Assembly (NCBI GenBank): GCA_030704615.1
Contig: CM060731.1
Coordinates: 48,794,001-48,858,000, forward strand
Direction of reading: 5' to 3'
Length of the DNA: 64,000 nt
Source of the DNA: Takakia lepidozioides
Lineage: Eukaryota; Plantae; Bryophyta
Shown here: positions 26,314 through 38,900 of the stretch, piece after piece
Numbering within the stretch: position 1 is the first letter of the stretch
Layout of the letters: every line of letters starts with the position of its first letter
Program-made: the position numbers and the translations under genes
Notes under the pieces: generated by a model
The model's database searches: none
What the model saw: only the letters and a program-made list of their open reading frames with translations
What the model was told of the DNA's origin: nothing

Positions 26314-29056
26314 TTTTATTTTTTATTTATTTTGGTCAACAGGGAACTGAGGCCCTGAGAACTTTATTGAATGGCAAAAGAAAACAGAACAAAAGAGGAG
26401 GAAAAAATAACCTCCTAGAGGACTGTAAAGGTGTATTGCATGGGGAACTCCAATCACTAAGAGGGAAGAGCCCGAAAAGCGGGAGTTATCTAAGTATCAG
26501 TCTAGAGGGGTGGTAGGAGAGAGAGCTCCATAAGGCCAAAGTTAGCCTAAGGGCACCAGCAATATTGGCAGCCTGATGAAATCGCCACATAGCTGGTAGA
26601 CTGGCGCAAATGCTGCAAAACTGATGAAGTGGCACTAATTGGCAAAGTGCCCAAACCCAGGGACATAGATTAGAGACCGAAGTTCAGCTGGGTTTTTGAT
26701 TTCGCAGCGCGGAGACGTCGAGTCCCTCTGACTCAGCAAGAGACTTGCCAGATGGCATCATGCCAAGTGATTCGCAAGTCTCAGACCCTGGTGCAGAGGA
26801 GGCCATCTTTTGCCCAGGTGAGGTCGAAGTTCGCGAATAGTTGACGACGCTGCATTTGGCTGACGCTGCTTGCAAAGACACCCAAGCCTTTCGCCCCTCA
26901 GTCATCAGATCAGTAAATAACTTATAAAGAACTAATCTGATACTGGGGCGCTTCCCTTCAAAAACCAGACAACACCTAGCCTTCCAAATGGACCAGAGGG
27001 TGCGTGTTCGGAGGCATGCCCAAATTGGACAATTACTCCAGATGGATCTATTGTGCATGTTTAGCAGTAGCAGGGGCGCAGCTGTTCGTGGCACAGATTT
27101 CCAGCGCGCATAGAAGGCTGTGACAAGCTGCCAGATCCTACCTGATAGGTAATACTCGGTGAATGTATGCTCAATTGTCTCGTTCAGGTGGCAGTTGCAA
27201 ACAAAGCACGATGGATCACGATCAAGGAACGAAACGTTCATGGGCAAAATCCTGTTTGCCAGCTTCCACAAGAAGGCACTGGTTTTAGCCAAGCGTCGCT
27301 TGGCCCATATGTCCTTCCACATCGAGTTCTAGGCAGGAAGCTGCAGGATAAAATTCCATTTTCGATTCCACTTCTCTGTAAAGTTCACCTCACCGAGAAG
27401 CAGCCTATAGCCAGTTTTCACTATATAGCCTAGAAGGGGTGTTTTTTTGTCATCTTTCCATGACCATTCTCCTGGGTCGAATTGCAATCTACTGAGCGGG
27501 AAATTCAAGAACCATGCGAAGGGGATTTCTGAGCCCAGCAATATTCTCCTCCATGTGGCGGCCTTGGTTCTGTCAAGCCTGTTAGAGTATCAAAGACTCT
27601 AGTGATTCTATAGGCCAAGTCATGAAGCAGTTCCCCATTGCCCATGAAGGATAGACTCCCGTTAGAGGCAGGCCTGAAAAGAAGACCTCCCTAGTGCGTC
27701 TGTGAGGAGGAGATTGCCAGAAGAGCCACGAGCCTATCGCCCTCTGAGCCTCCGAACCAGACAGGCAAGTCATTGACAGTGGACCTCCCAGAAGCAAGGG
27801 TTGTACAAGTGAGACCGCTTCTTTTATCTGATCCCATCCGCTCCTAATAGAGCTTGCAGCAAGCAAAGAGGACAAAAGGGAAGGGTCTAGCAGCTGACCG
27901 TTTTCCCAGACATTGGCAATGTGCGAAAAGCCTTTTGCCTCCCAGGTGGCCCGCTTCTAGTTGAGAGTAGCCAAATGATCAGCATTCAGGTTGTGGTTGC
28001 CAAATAAGGGTTGTCGAATGGCCTCTTCAAAGCAGGCAGCTCCACTTTGAGTCAAGTGGGGACAAATGGACTTCCATGCCTCCCAAATAGAGTTCCAGGC
28101 AGCAGATCCTGCTATTCTCGATTTTCCAGTACCGTGAACCAGCCATTTAAGGGTGCCTGGGAGTTGGTCGGGAAGGAGTGCACCATGTGTGCTCTTACCA
28201 GAGTACACCAGGGACTAAGCCCATTACATATCGACCTTGGTATCCACTTAGAGAGCAATGCAGATATCTGCAAAGCCGGGTCAATAAGTCCCAGACCTCC
28301 TTCCTTATGGGGTCTACAGAGCTGGGTCCAAGATACCAACGCCCTTTTGTTTGGATTCTGGGGGAGGCGCCCCATAAGAAATCCCTCATAAGCGCTTTAA
28401 TCTTATTCATGAGCTTGGAGCCAGGTGACCAGACCGAAGCTGGATCTCAAATAGAGGCGAGCAAAACCTGGTTAAGGACTAGCACTCTCCCTGCAATGGA
28501 GAGCATTGTCGAACTCCAGAAGGCCAACTTGACAAAACCTCTGTAAAATGGGCTCAAATCTTTGTTCATCCGAAAGCCCGATTCTTATCTGAAAGCCAAG
28601 GAGAGTGTGCGCCGAACCTGGCAGCAACCATCTGAGGCCCAAATCTTGCCCCCAAGGTGGAGCGTGGCTTTTTAGAGAGGAGTCGGGCAGCTTCGTAAGA
28701 AGCCCCACAGATTTATTCCAATTGATTTTGAGCCCTAATGCCAAGCAGAAGAACTGCAAGGCTTGTCTGGCTCTATCGATATTGGATGCATCCTCATTGT
28801 TTAGAAACAACATGGTGTCATCCGCCTACATAGAGAGCTTAATATCAGGCCCTTGCATCAGATTTAACCCCACTATGTCCTGTCTGGAAGCAAAATAGTG
28901 GCCCAATGCATCAGCAGCCATGATGAATAGGTAAGGGGAGAGGGGACAACCTTGTCTCACCGATATGTGGAGGGCAAAGGATTTAGAAATAGGGAGATTG
29001 CTATTTCCTGAGCAGAACCCGTGAGGAGAAAATATTGTGAGCAAAATTTTGCTCAT
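26314..29056 (-). mobile_element. 5'-truncated degenerate L1-clade LINE (RT C-terminus + zf-RVT)
   Basis: SVRQGCPLSPYLF, YADD mutated to *ADD, GLKINWNKS, HKEGGLGL, CFVCNC..ETIEH and WSIWKAR. An A-rich tail appears as a T-tract at 26314-26333 on +. Confidence 0.92.
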
Positions 29057-29164
29057 GTTTCTCGGAATTAGAATTTAGGGTTGGGCCTATTACCGCGGTG
29101 CGTTAGCTCCTAGAAGCCCTATTGCCGCGGGGCTTAACCGCCGAAAATGGAAGCTTAGTATTCC

Positions 29165-30292
29165 TAGAGTGTGACTAACTAATTCATCCAGTACCATAAC
29201 CCCCAACCACCAAGCCCATACGCAACCTGCAATCCATTCTCACACGAGAAGCAAATAAACAAGCCTCAGCCTTTACAGCCACACCAAACCCCATATCCAA
29301 AATTAATGGACACAATATACAGTTCTTCACCATAAGTTATCAAACTACTTTTGGCACACCTAGACTGTCACTGAGCGCAAATCCGACAAACACTCAACTT
29401 TCGCTACGCTCAATACATGGGACACCAACGTAAGTACATCTTCTGCCCGCGCCTATTCCCATCCCCCAATTGTCCATTATGCTCACATACACATCTAGTA
29501 CGTGACACCTGCCCCATCTCCCCAGTCAGTGTACTCACCTCGTTATACATGGTCTCCGCATTACTCGCCATAATCACGCAGTCTGGCACATCCATAAACT
29601 TCTCATGACCCGATCAGAAACCAGATGGTTCTCACTCATCAGTGCTGGTACCTACGACCCCCTGACCACACCGTCTCTCACTCGATCCTTCCGTGTATAT
29701 ATCCTCATTCACCCTGTACCTGCTCCTCCCGACTCTGCCCGGATATCCTACTTGTCCAAGGCTTACCCATTAATGCCCCCCTACCCACTTCCTTCCCCAG
29801 AACTCACCATTCACTTTGTTGAATTGACATACTGTCACGACCGATACCTAGCCCCCTCCACCTTAGAGAAACGACAAAAATATGCCCCCTCATCCTTGCT
29901 ATCCGCCAGCGTGGTTGGCGCACCGACCCCCTATCAGTCATCACAGCCGGTACTAGAGGTGGTATTCATACCGCCAGTATAAACGCGTTACACGATAATC
30001 TTAAAATCCCTATCCCCCCGATCCACAAATGCTTTAAGGCCATTCACCTCACTGCGCTTCACTCCCTAACATCTATCATAACCAATAAGCGGCAACTCGA
30101 GTCCAACCCCTCTGCGGTACCTCAGAATACCCTAGGGTACCCTAGATACCGCTATCCTATATACCACTTCTCGGTGTCCCCTGGACACCTATTTCTTTAT
30201 AGCCCCCCCGCCCCCCCCAAAAGGGACAGTAGCCGTGAGGCGAAGAGACTCTTAATTACGCCGGCTTCGGTCGGAGTCTTCTCTCTCTCTCT
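29165..30292 (+). mobile_element. 3' end of an RLE-type (restriction-like endonuclease) non-LTR retrotransposon
   Basis: With frameshifts: CPLC..DT..H..QC zinc finger, ITRHNHAV, PDILLV, IHFVELTYCHD, EKRQKY and VITAGTRGGIH. It ends in a (CT)n tail. A candidate TSD CTCATG is at 29052-29057 and 30291-30296. Confidence 0.8.
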
Positions 30293-30394
30293 CATGGATG
30301 CTCCCACTGTACCAGCTGAGGAGCGCGAGCCATCATGTCGATGTTCCTCGCATGTAGGGGTTTGAAGTACTCAAAAAGGTACTCCCTTAGCAAC

Positions 30395-30860
30395 ATTAAG
30401 CTTGGATTACAACAACCTATTTTTCCCTGGAGATTCATCTTCTAATCTAATAGTACACAGTTCTTCATTGTATTGACCACTCAACAATGGAATGTAAGGT
30501 AAATCCGTTTTCTTTTTGTTAGATGTACTTGCTATTTCTTCAAATGAATCCAAAGTGTTCACGTCTTTTAATTAGTTTTAGATTTGACTCCTATCTATTA
30601 TTATATGCAACTAAACATTGATTTGTTGTTCTATGGAAGTTTAGATTTGGAAGAGCGCTATAGTATTGCCGCTCTCTCTCGTGTCTCATGTCTTTGAGTG
30701 TCTTATGTCACTCACTTGAGGCAACAACCATAACAGCTTGCTTGCCTTCAAGAATGTGAGAATTACATAGTTGTTCTCTGACAAAGACATGATTATTGAG
30801 AAAAATCGTAAGCATTTTACGTTTGAGAATGTAACATTGCATATTAAATGTTATCCCTTG
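30395..30860. repeat. Dispersed repeat, inverted homolog of ~52240-52610
   Basis: AAGCTTGGATTACAACAACCTA..GTTCTTCATTGTATTGACCACTC matches the reverse complement at 52480-52580. AACATTGCATATTAAATGTTATCCCTT is shared in direct orientation. Confidence 0.7.
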
Positions 30861-33667
30861 TCCAAAAACATTAAAGTGATAGTACCATCAGTGAAGTTTT
30901 CTAGTCAAAATGGCATCATGTGCATTTACAACGTTGTATTATTATGGAGAAATAAAAATCATAATTATGTGAAAGATGTGTGTTTCTATTAGGAAATGGA
31001 TGTTTGCATTATTGGCTCCTCCCTCAAGAGGAGACCACGCATCAATGTTGAAAAGATGGATGATCCTGATATACCTTCACCGAAAAACACCCAAACATAA
31101 CAGATATACCTTCACTAGTTAGTATTTTTCTTGATATTGTATTGTTTTTTTATTTTTGTGAAATATTTTAACCAGTAACAACCACTAATAAAGTCCGGTG
31201 AATGCTGGTTCTTCTTCCCTGCTGTCTTGTTCGCAAAAGCCTAGCCTTCGTCGTCCTACCTCTGGGCGTGGAGGAATTGGTGCATCCTCGCAGGGAGGAA
31301 ATTGCACCATGAACATGTGCATGCTATCACGGCTCTTTCACCTTTCCATCCCCTGATTCTCAAGTTGGGCTTCGTAGCAACTCGAACCCTAACAGAAGTC
31401 CTCATATTCAAGAAGATGGAGCGAGGCCGCCAAAAGAACGCACAGAAAAGCTCAAGCATTACTACGATGAAGGGAGCGGAGTGTTGTATGTACAGTTTGT
31501 GTGGGGAGCATGGCCTCTGGATTTCCTAAAGGAGGAAGCCAAGATTTTTGCCAAGCTTTACCCCAAGGTCTACTTGATAACAAGTGCCTTATGCAAATAA
31601 GCTGCTAGACACTTCTTGGTCTGCAACGCTGATACAGAATATCCGTGTCATTTAGTAGGTGTGGTTTCTATTTTCAAGCCTCTCTATTGGCAACTGCACC
31701 TTCATTTGGGAAACATGGATGATGCCCATGGAGCCAGGCCGGAAGTACACGGAGCCTCCACCATTAGCCCAGAAAAATTATGCATCCATTAGTTCATTAA
31801 AAGCTCTTCATTGTAATCAGCCATGGTGATTTAAATACCAACTGCACAAAATTCCTTCCAGGATGCTGAGGTATGTCTGTAAGGTTCTAAGAGCACTCTG
31901 TATGTTTGCTCATATTTGAAAGGGAATGGGTCAGTCTCTGTATATGTCTTGTGAGGAAGTCTTGATTGTTGCAGTTCAATGTTTTTGCTGATCGCATTCC
32001 TTTACTTCAAGTGAAACCTCTTTGGGACGAGAATCTGCTGATGCTGGACACTGTAGGTATGTTGAAGATGGAGATCAAGGAGTGAATGATGCACGCTGGT
32101 TCACAACAAAGCCCTTCTTGTCACATCAAGTGGAAATGGGAGGTAATCATCTGCAGTAGAGGCTTTTCTGTACCACTGAATCCACAACGGGAGGGGAAGT
32201 TATTAGTCACGATCCACTCTACAACCAGTCCAAGCTTTCCTGTACCACTGAATAGAGAAAAGAAGGGGAAATATTTCACCTTGATTTTGATGGGTTGCAG
32301 AGTAGTGCTCTTATTCTAAAGTTCTAGTCATTGTAAAAAAACTTTGTTCCGGTAGTCAGCTGTACAGGGTAAAATCCATTATCTTTCGAGTCCTTCATCC
32401 AAATGATGATGTGTTGACCATCAACCATAGCTTTGTGCACTCTAAACAACTAGAATGAAGGGCTAATTCAACCATTATGATAGCTGTATTGCCGAATAAA
32501 TTAGATGTGTCTGCATTCCAGCACCACTGAATGGTAACAAGAAACTTATTGTACATGATACTGTCGTAACACTGAATGATGTTTCAGTTTTGTCATCACC
32601 ACAACCATGCTGACCAGCAGTAATTGGATTGCAGTATTGCAATGTGGGATGTGTCTCTGGGACAGCCAAGGCACATTAATAGCATGCATATGATTGCAGA
32701 AAAAAGAAATGTAGTGTATCTCTGACTGTGGATCTATGGCAGATGCTGTACGAGAACATGCACAAGAACTCACAACCACTGGCGCGCTTGACTTACCTTC
32801 TCTCCAGCGATTGTCGCCCAATTCAAAGAGCCCAAAACTGACCTCACCACCTGTAAGTATCAGTCATTACTTGGCCTGCTCAATAGCCCTCCCCCAACCC
32901 TTAAACTTGTTCACAGGCATGAGTTGAGGAATGCATCAGAGGAGGGTGAATTTGGTCATTGATTTGAAAATTTACATTCGAAGTGGAGTGAGTATATCTA
33001 TCAAAAAAAATTTGTGAGGAGTTCATTCCACTGTGCAATCAATCAAGCTTAAACATATTGTCATTGATTAATGCCTCTTGGTAGAATTCCTGTTTAATTT
33101 GCTTTTCATCTCCCCATGAAGGAGAGATGAGATATCATGTGTACATGTTAACTTTCTCAGTTATGTTCTTGAGGCTTTGTGCATCCATTGACTACACTGG
33201 CAGCTGCATCTGTTTGGTGAGTTGACTCTTGAATGATAATTTACAAATGGGTTGAACAAGAAGGTCCATTCAAGAGAAACACTCTACATGGGGACATCTT
33301 TTAGCAATGCAAAATAGCCAAGAGTGCACAGACTGCAAGGTGGATAGCGACAATCTATTTACTTGACAATCTATGGACGAGCAGTCACACATGGATTGGT
33401 TGCTCCACCCCTCTATACATATACTGATGTAGTCCTTTTTGCACACTGCAGAGTCCCAGTGACTCCCAAAGGCTGTAGTTTTCACTTCCGCCATGTATAT
33501 GATCATCGTGTCGTGTTATCTTTCTGTAGGGAGATTCTCGATTGTTGTTAGCTACAAACTCTATGGTCAAATGTCTCGTGAAAGGGAGGGTAAGAGTGAC
33601 ACCTAACTTCTTCGGCGACCACTTCAAGTCAATGTCAATCTTACATAGTATATGTCATGCAGTAATT

Positions 33668-33825
33668 CAGATTTTCAGCGAGATTTTCAGCGAGATTTTT
33701 AGGAAGTATTTTAGTATTTCAGCCAGATTTTCAGCAAGTATTTTAATATTTCAGCTAGTTCTTCTGACTTCAACAAGTATTTCAATATTTCAGTTAGTAT
33801 TTCAACAAGCATCTCAATACTTTAA
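33668..33825. repeat. Low-complexity short tandem repeat (AGATTTTCAGCG / TATTTCA units)
   Basis: Visible ~8-12-bp periodicity. Confidence 0.6.
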
Positions 33826-34459
33826 TAATTAATAATTAATAAATCTGAAGATCAGTTTTGTAATAATATCGAATTCATACATCAATAAAGTTTTGCCGGG
33901 GCCTTTGTCCGTGCCTTTATGAATAAATAAATATTCCTCTTATGCTGAACATGTTTAAAATATAGTTTGAATATGTGATGACCTTATCTCAATATAACAT
34001 TTTAAGGAAATTTTCTACTTAGACTTTTAGGGTGGAGCCATTACGCGACTAGCTGCTTGTTTACCTTCCCATGACCATCTTTCTTTGAGTCTTACATAAT
34101 TTTTTAAAATATTTATTAGTTAGTGATGTGTCGGTCAACTCTATAAGCAAAAAATAAAATAAAAATGGTTGCAAATGTAGCAGATGCAAGCCACTGATTT
34201 AAAAATAAATAAATAAAAATAAATAAAAAGCAAACTCCAAAATGTTGTCTATGATGTTTTGTCTCAAAAATCTCTTTATTAAGATGTAGATCATATAGTA
34301 ATGAAATGACTCCATAGGTGTGCTTGGATTAGTTGGGATAAAACTTAGATTGTCGAGTAATATAAAGATAAAGATAAAGTTACTTTAACGTCCAGTGAAT
34401 TTACAGAGCCTACTGCTCAACACACAGGCCATCGAGGGCCCAATGGACGGTCTGAAGGC

Positions 34460-34540
34460 ACATGTTGAAGGATTGAACCCAGGATCAGCTAAGTGATGCA
34501 CAGGGAAGGCACAAACACCCAACCACTGGGCTACCTGCTC
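34460..34540 (-). other. tRNA-like Pol III promoter (SINE head-like)
   Basis: On the minus strand, an A box TAGCCCAGTGG (34533-34523) and a B box GGTTCAATCC (34479-34470) are 43 nt apart. No convincing cloverleaf. Confidence 0.45.
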
Positions 34541-34859
34541 AAGTGCAGCTCGGATAAGTGATGGGAGGGCGGTGTGCCATTCTCCGTAGCGCCCCTTAAG
34601 CTATCTTCTCTGCTACCCACTACTCTTAGAATTTCGCTAAAAGTTTTGCTCATCCTAGTTACTACCCTAACTCTTTCAGCGAGGCCCGCCGCCATAGCCC
34701 TCCAACTCTCCTTGCTTTCGTTACATACTCTTAGTGCACTCAGCCTTCACTCAGCGCATACTTTTTCTGTCCTCTCCAACCTTCTGCGCACCTTTTGAGC
34801 CGCTTCTCACAAGATTACCGTCCGTATTTGGCCCATGGGACCCTGCTCAAGCTTCTCCA

Positions 34860-35945
34860 TAGAAGTGTAACGAATAACGATGCAGGGAACATCAAGTTGC
34901 TGGATTGCTCCTTCAAGCAGATGCTAGTAAAGCCTATCGGCTCTGGGACAAAGGGACAAAGAAGATAGTAATCAACAAAGATTATTGTTTAATGAGGATG
35001 TTGCAATAGAACATTTTCAGAAAAACATTAAACTGCCTGGTACACCTGATGCTGAGATAATGCAGAAGTGAACATCTGATTCACTCGACTCCAATGACAA
35101 AAATTATGGTGAGTTTTATTCATCATCTACAAGACAAGTCAATTCTACTGAGGAAGTTCATCTGCCACCTACAGAAGTCTGTGGTTGAAATGTGCAAAGC
35201 ACCAGATACTACAAATGATGAAGCGGTGGACGAAGCAATAGTTCAACTAGATGGTCAATATGAGGGATCATATCGACCTCAAAGGAATCGGATACAACCA
35301 AATAGGTATGGAGATTGGTGCTACCAGGTCGTTGCCAAGCAATCCCACTCATATATTGACACGGCTGAATCTCAAAATGAAGAACCAAGAGATTACTCAG
35401 AGGCTATTAAGTCAGGGTATTGCAATCAGTGGCTGTTGGCCATGCAAGAAGAATATGCATCCTTGATGAAGAACAATACATGGATGTTAATCGATATTCC
35501 CAACAAGGAGAAAACCGATCAAGTGCAAATGGGTATACAAAATCAAAACCAAGCTTGACGGTACTATTCATAGCAATATGGCTTGGATTTTGAGGAAACT
35601 TTCTCACCACTCGGGAAGTGCGACTCTATACCCATGGTACTAGCTGTGGCTGCTACAAAGGATCTTGAGATGCTCCAGTTTGACATCAAGACTGCCTTTC
35701 TATGGCGGGAAGTGATCGAAGAGATCTACATGGTACAACCTCAAGGCTTTGAGAAAGCGACGCAGATAAAGTATGCAAGTTACAAAAGTGCTTATATTGT
35801 CCGAAACAAGCCTCCACGGCCTGGAATGAGAAATTCAATGATTTCTGCGTAAGGTATGAACTTGTCCCAAGTGATGCTGATCCCCATGTTTATTTCAGCA
35901 AACAGGATCCAAGAACGATTATCACCATTTTTGTCGATGATGGAT
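34860..35945 (+). mobile_element. Ty1/Copia pol fragment (integrase SH3 tail + RT), degenerate
   Basis: SKAYRLWD, EEPRDYSEAI, WLLAMQEEYASLMKNNTW, KCKWVYK, DFEETFSP, QFDIKTAFL, EEIYMVQPQGF and IFVDDG. It is cut at the left edge of duplication copy 2. Confidence 0.92.
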
Positions 35946-35947
35946 AG

Positions 35948-38900
35948 GACATTTTCATCTGTTTGCCTTTAGTACCAATCTGGGTGCGTAGGTGCTCAAA
36001 GTAATGGCAGGAAAGCAAGCAAACACTGTGTTTCAGGAGAAGTTGAAATAGATGGAGGAAAGATTCGGTCAGGGGCAGTCCAGGGAGGAACAAAGAGTGA
36101 TAGCAAACATCAGTTGCACTGATCAGAAATTCGGAAGGCCTTCTTGCATCTCTTTCAACTGCATTTGAGGTGTGTCCCTCTCTTCAAACTGGGCTGCATC
36201 TATCGCCACAATGCTCTATTCTCTCTGTCCATTATGGTGGTTGGACAACCTGAAGATCCATTTGTTTCGTGTGCACTGAACTCTAGTGACAAAAGGAGAG
36301 ACTCACATAGCAAACAATTGTCAATAACTGTACAAAGACAGATGCTATGTTTGCTATGGTGTACCTTCACAGGCACTATTCCCGTGGCAATTCCCTAACC
36401 TGTATTGGCAAGTTCTCACCCACAAGAGTGATTCGCTATAAAACCAGCCAAAACTGTCCTGCTGCTCAGTCACAGCCAGCAGGATTATGATTCAAGGGCT
36501 CAAAATGAGAAATTTGTGAAAAGCATTATGCTCGATACAGTAACCTAAGTCAGTCTACAAAAGCACTCGCCGTCACGGCGTGCTGAAAGGATAATGGGCA
36601 GACAACAGTGACAGAGACACACCACAGCACGGACGAGCATGGACTTAAGAGACCCATAAATTGAGATGTGAAATACAGTTCCAAGAAGACACCCAACTCA
36701 CAAGTGACCGAACACAGCCTGCGTCACTTGGGGAGGGCGAGGCCACAACTTTTGCAATCCTCCAGAAAAGCGTTAGCTTCAAGTTCCGAATTCCATCTCC
36801 ATCGCCAAATTAGGTCATGAGCAACACAATTTTGAAGACGGTCTTCACTCCAGAGCTCGATTTAGTAACCAAGTTGGCAGAGTACCTTGTCCATCTTCTT
36901 CCTCAATGGCAAACTACCAGAGCCTGATCTCGAGACCAACCCTAACACTGGGGTCTTTCGTGGATGAAACATTATATGGATGAATGATTGTATTTTCGGT
37001 ATAAGGTACACAACACTCACCGTAGGATTAAATACGTCGGAATAATCAACCGTTGGATCTACAATAGCCCTAACCGGGATTCGAACCCCAGATCCTACTC
37101 GTGGTTAGGTTAGGGTTTGAGAGGGGAAGCTTGAGGCGAGGGGAGGAGAAATTGAGTCTCTTTGCGAAGCTTTGTCTTCCGTCCTCTCGCCGCCATCGCC
37201 AGACGTTGCTGCAATGGTACGTGCTCGTAGCTATTCCCCTTCGAACCTCTCCTTCATGCAAGTTTTTCTGCTGTAATGTTATTGCAGAAATTTCTGCCAT
37301 GGTGTGTACTGTCTTTTCTCCGAAGCTGGAAGATGAAACTGAAGACGATTCGTAATAAGCTTGATTAGAGGGGCAGCCTTGTGGAAAAATTTGTTCAGCA
37401 TCTTAAATTTGGATATGTTTGTATGTTCCCGTGGTGCTGCTTCAGACAGAACCCTGGACTAACTTGCATGAATGTTGTCGAAAGCTAGCCTTACTCTTCC
37501 TGCGCCGTATCACGTAACGTCACCCCTGTCCTAGCAATATTCTACACTGCCTCTTGTCTTTCGTGAATTTGAAATCCTGCCCCCAAGTCGTGGGTGTGTA
37601 GCAACTTAACACCATTTCTATGGACATCCGTTTTAAGAATGTCAGGCGCTACCTTCCCTCGCCATTGTCTCTCATTCTACATTGTGACGAGACATCGCCA
37701 TATCTTGGTTGCTTTGGCAGGCTCCCAAGAAGGGGACATTGAAGACTCCGACCCCGGCACCTGTGGAGAAGAAAAAGGTGCGCATCCATGCACTCCTTGC
37801 TATGTTTGAACTGGGGGCACATGCAATTGTCGTATGATCTGCCGTGGAAAGGCTTTCAACGCGTATTCTCTTTCTGCACAACCTCTGATGTGCTATGAAT
37901 GCGTGCAGACCCCTGAGAAGGTGGTGAACCCGTTGTTTGAGAAGCGGCCAAAGCAATTTGGGATTGGTGGAGCCCTTCCTCCTAAGAGGGATCTCCACAG
38001 ATTCGTGAAATGGCCTAAATATGTGCGCATCCAAAGGCAACGCCGTGTGCTCAATCAGCGGCTGAAGGTCCCCCCTGCCCTCAACCAGTTCACCAAGACA
38101 CTCGACAAGAATCTTGGTCAGTGGGTTATTGCCTTGGTACAGTGTGCGTCTGCGATTTCGTCTAGAGGTGTAGAATTCAGACATGATGAAGGCAATAGTT
38201 CAGATATGGTGGACATCCTGAATTTGGGACTCTCAACAACAAGCTTACATGTCCAATGCTTATGAAGTTAATGCATAAATCAACTACATAGGAGATGAGG
38301 GGTTGGAAATGTCCCACAGATTGTGAATACATCATTTATTCCCTAGTACATCTACCAATCCAGCCACAGTCACTTGTAAATCTAGTATGTAATCTTGTCA
38401 AATGATATTACTAACCCAGCCCATTGAGTATCCTACCCACAGCAATCATTGGACGAGGATAGCATCCTCTCTGTCCTCATTTCATCACTGTCGCAGTTCA
38501 AATTGGTTGTTTGTCAGGATATGTAGTCAGGCAGATTGTTTGCATGTATTGATTAAATATGTTACTGATGGGTACAGCAACAAGCTTGTTCAAGATGTTG
38601 CTAAAGTACCGGCCAGAGGACAAGGCAGCCAAGAAGGAAAGGCTTCTGAAGAAGGCCCAGGCAGAGGCTGAGGGGAAAACCCTAGAGACCAAGAAGCCTA
38701 TTGTGGTTAAGTATGGCATTAACCACGTAACCTACTTGATCGAGCAGGTATGGCATCTTAGTCACATTCTTAGCAAATAATATTGTTCATCTGATTTCTT
38801 GTAGTTGAAGCGAGAAAACTACTAATTTCTTCTCCTCCGAAGAAGGATGAGCAGGCTGAGAAGGAAGACATTCTCTAAATGTGCTGGCTGATTTATGAAT

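Noticed and set aside
30221-30280. Hammerhead ribozyme
   Set aside because: Lacks the CUGANGA core; reported as a structured 3' element instead.
31200-33300. Exon-like segments with splice signals
   Set aside because: No coherent ORF or recognisable family could be assembled.
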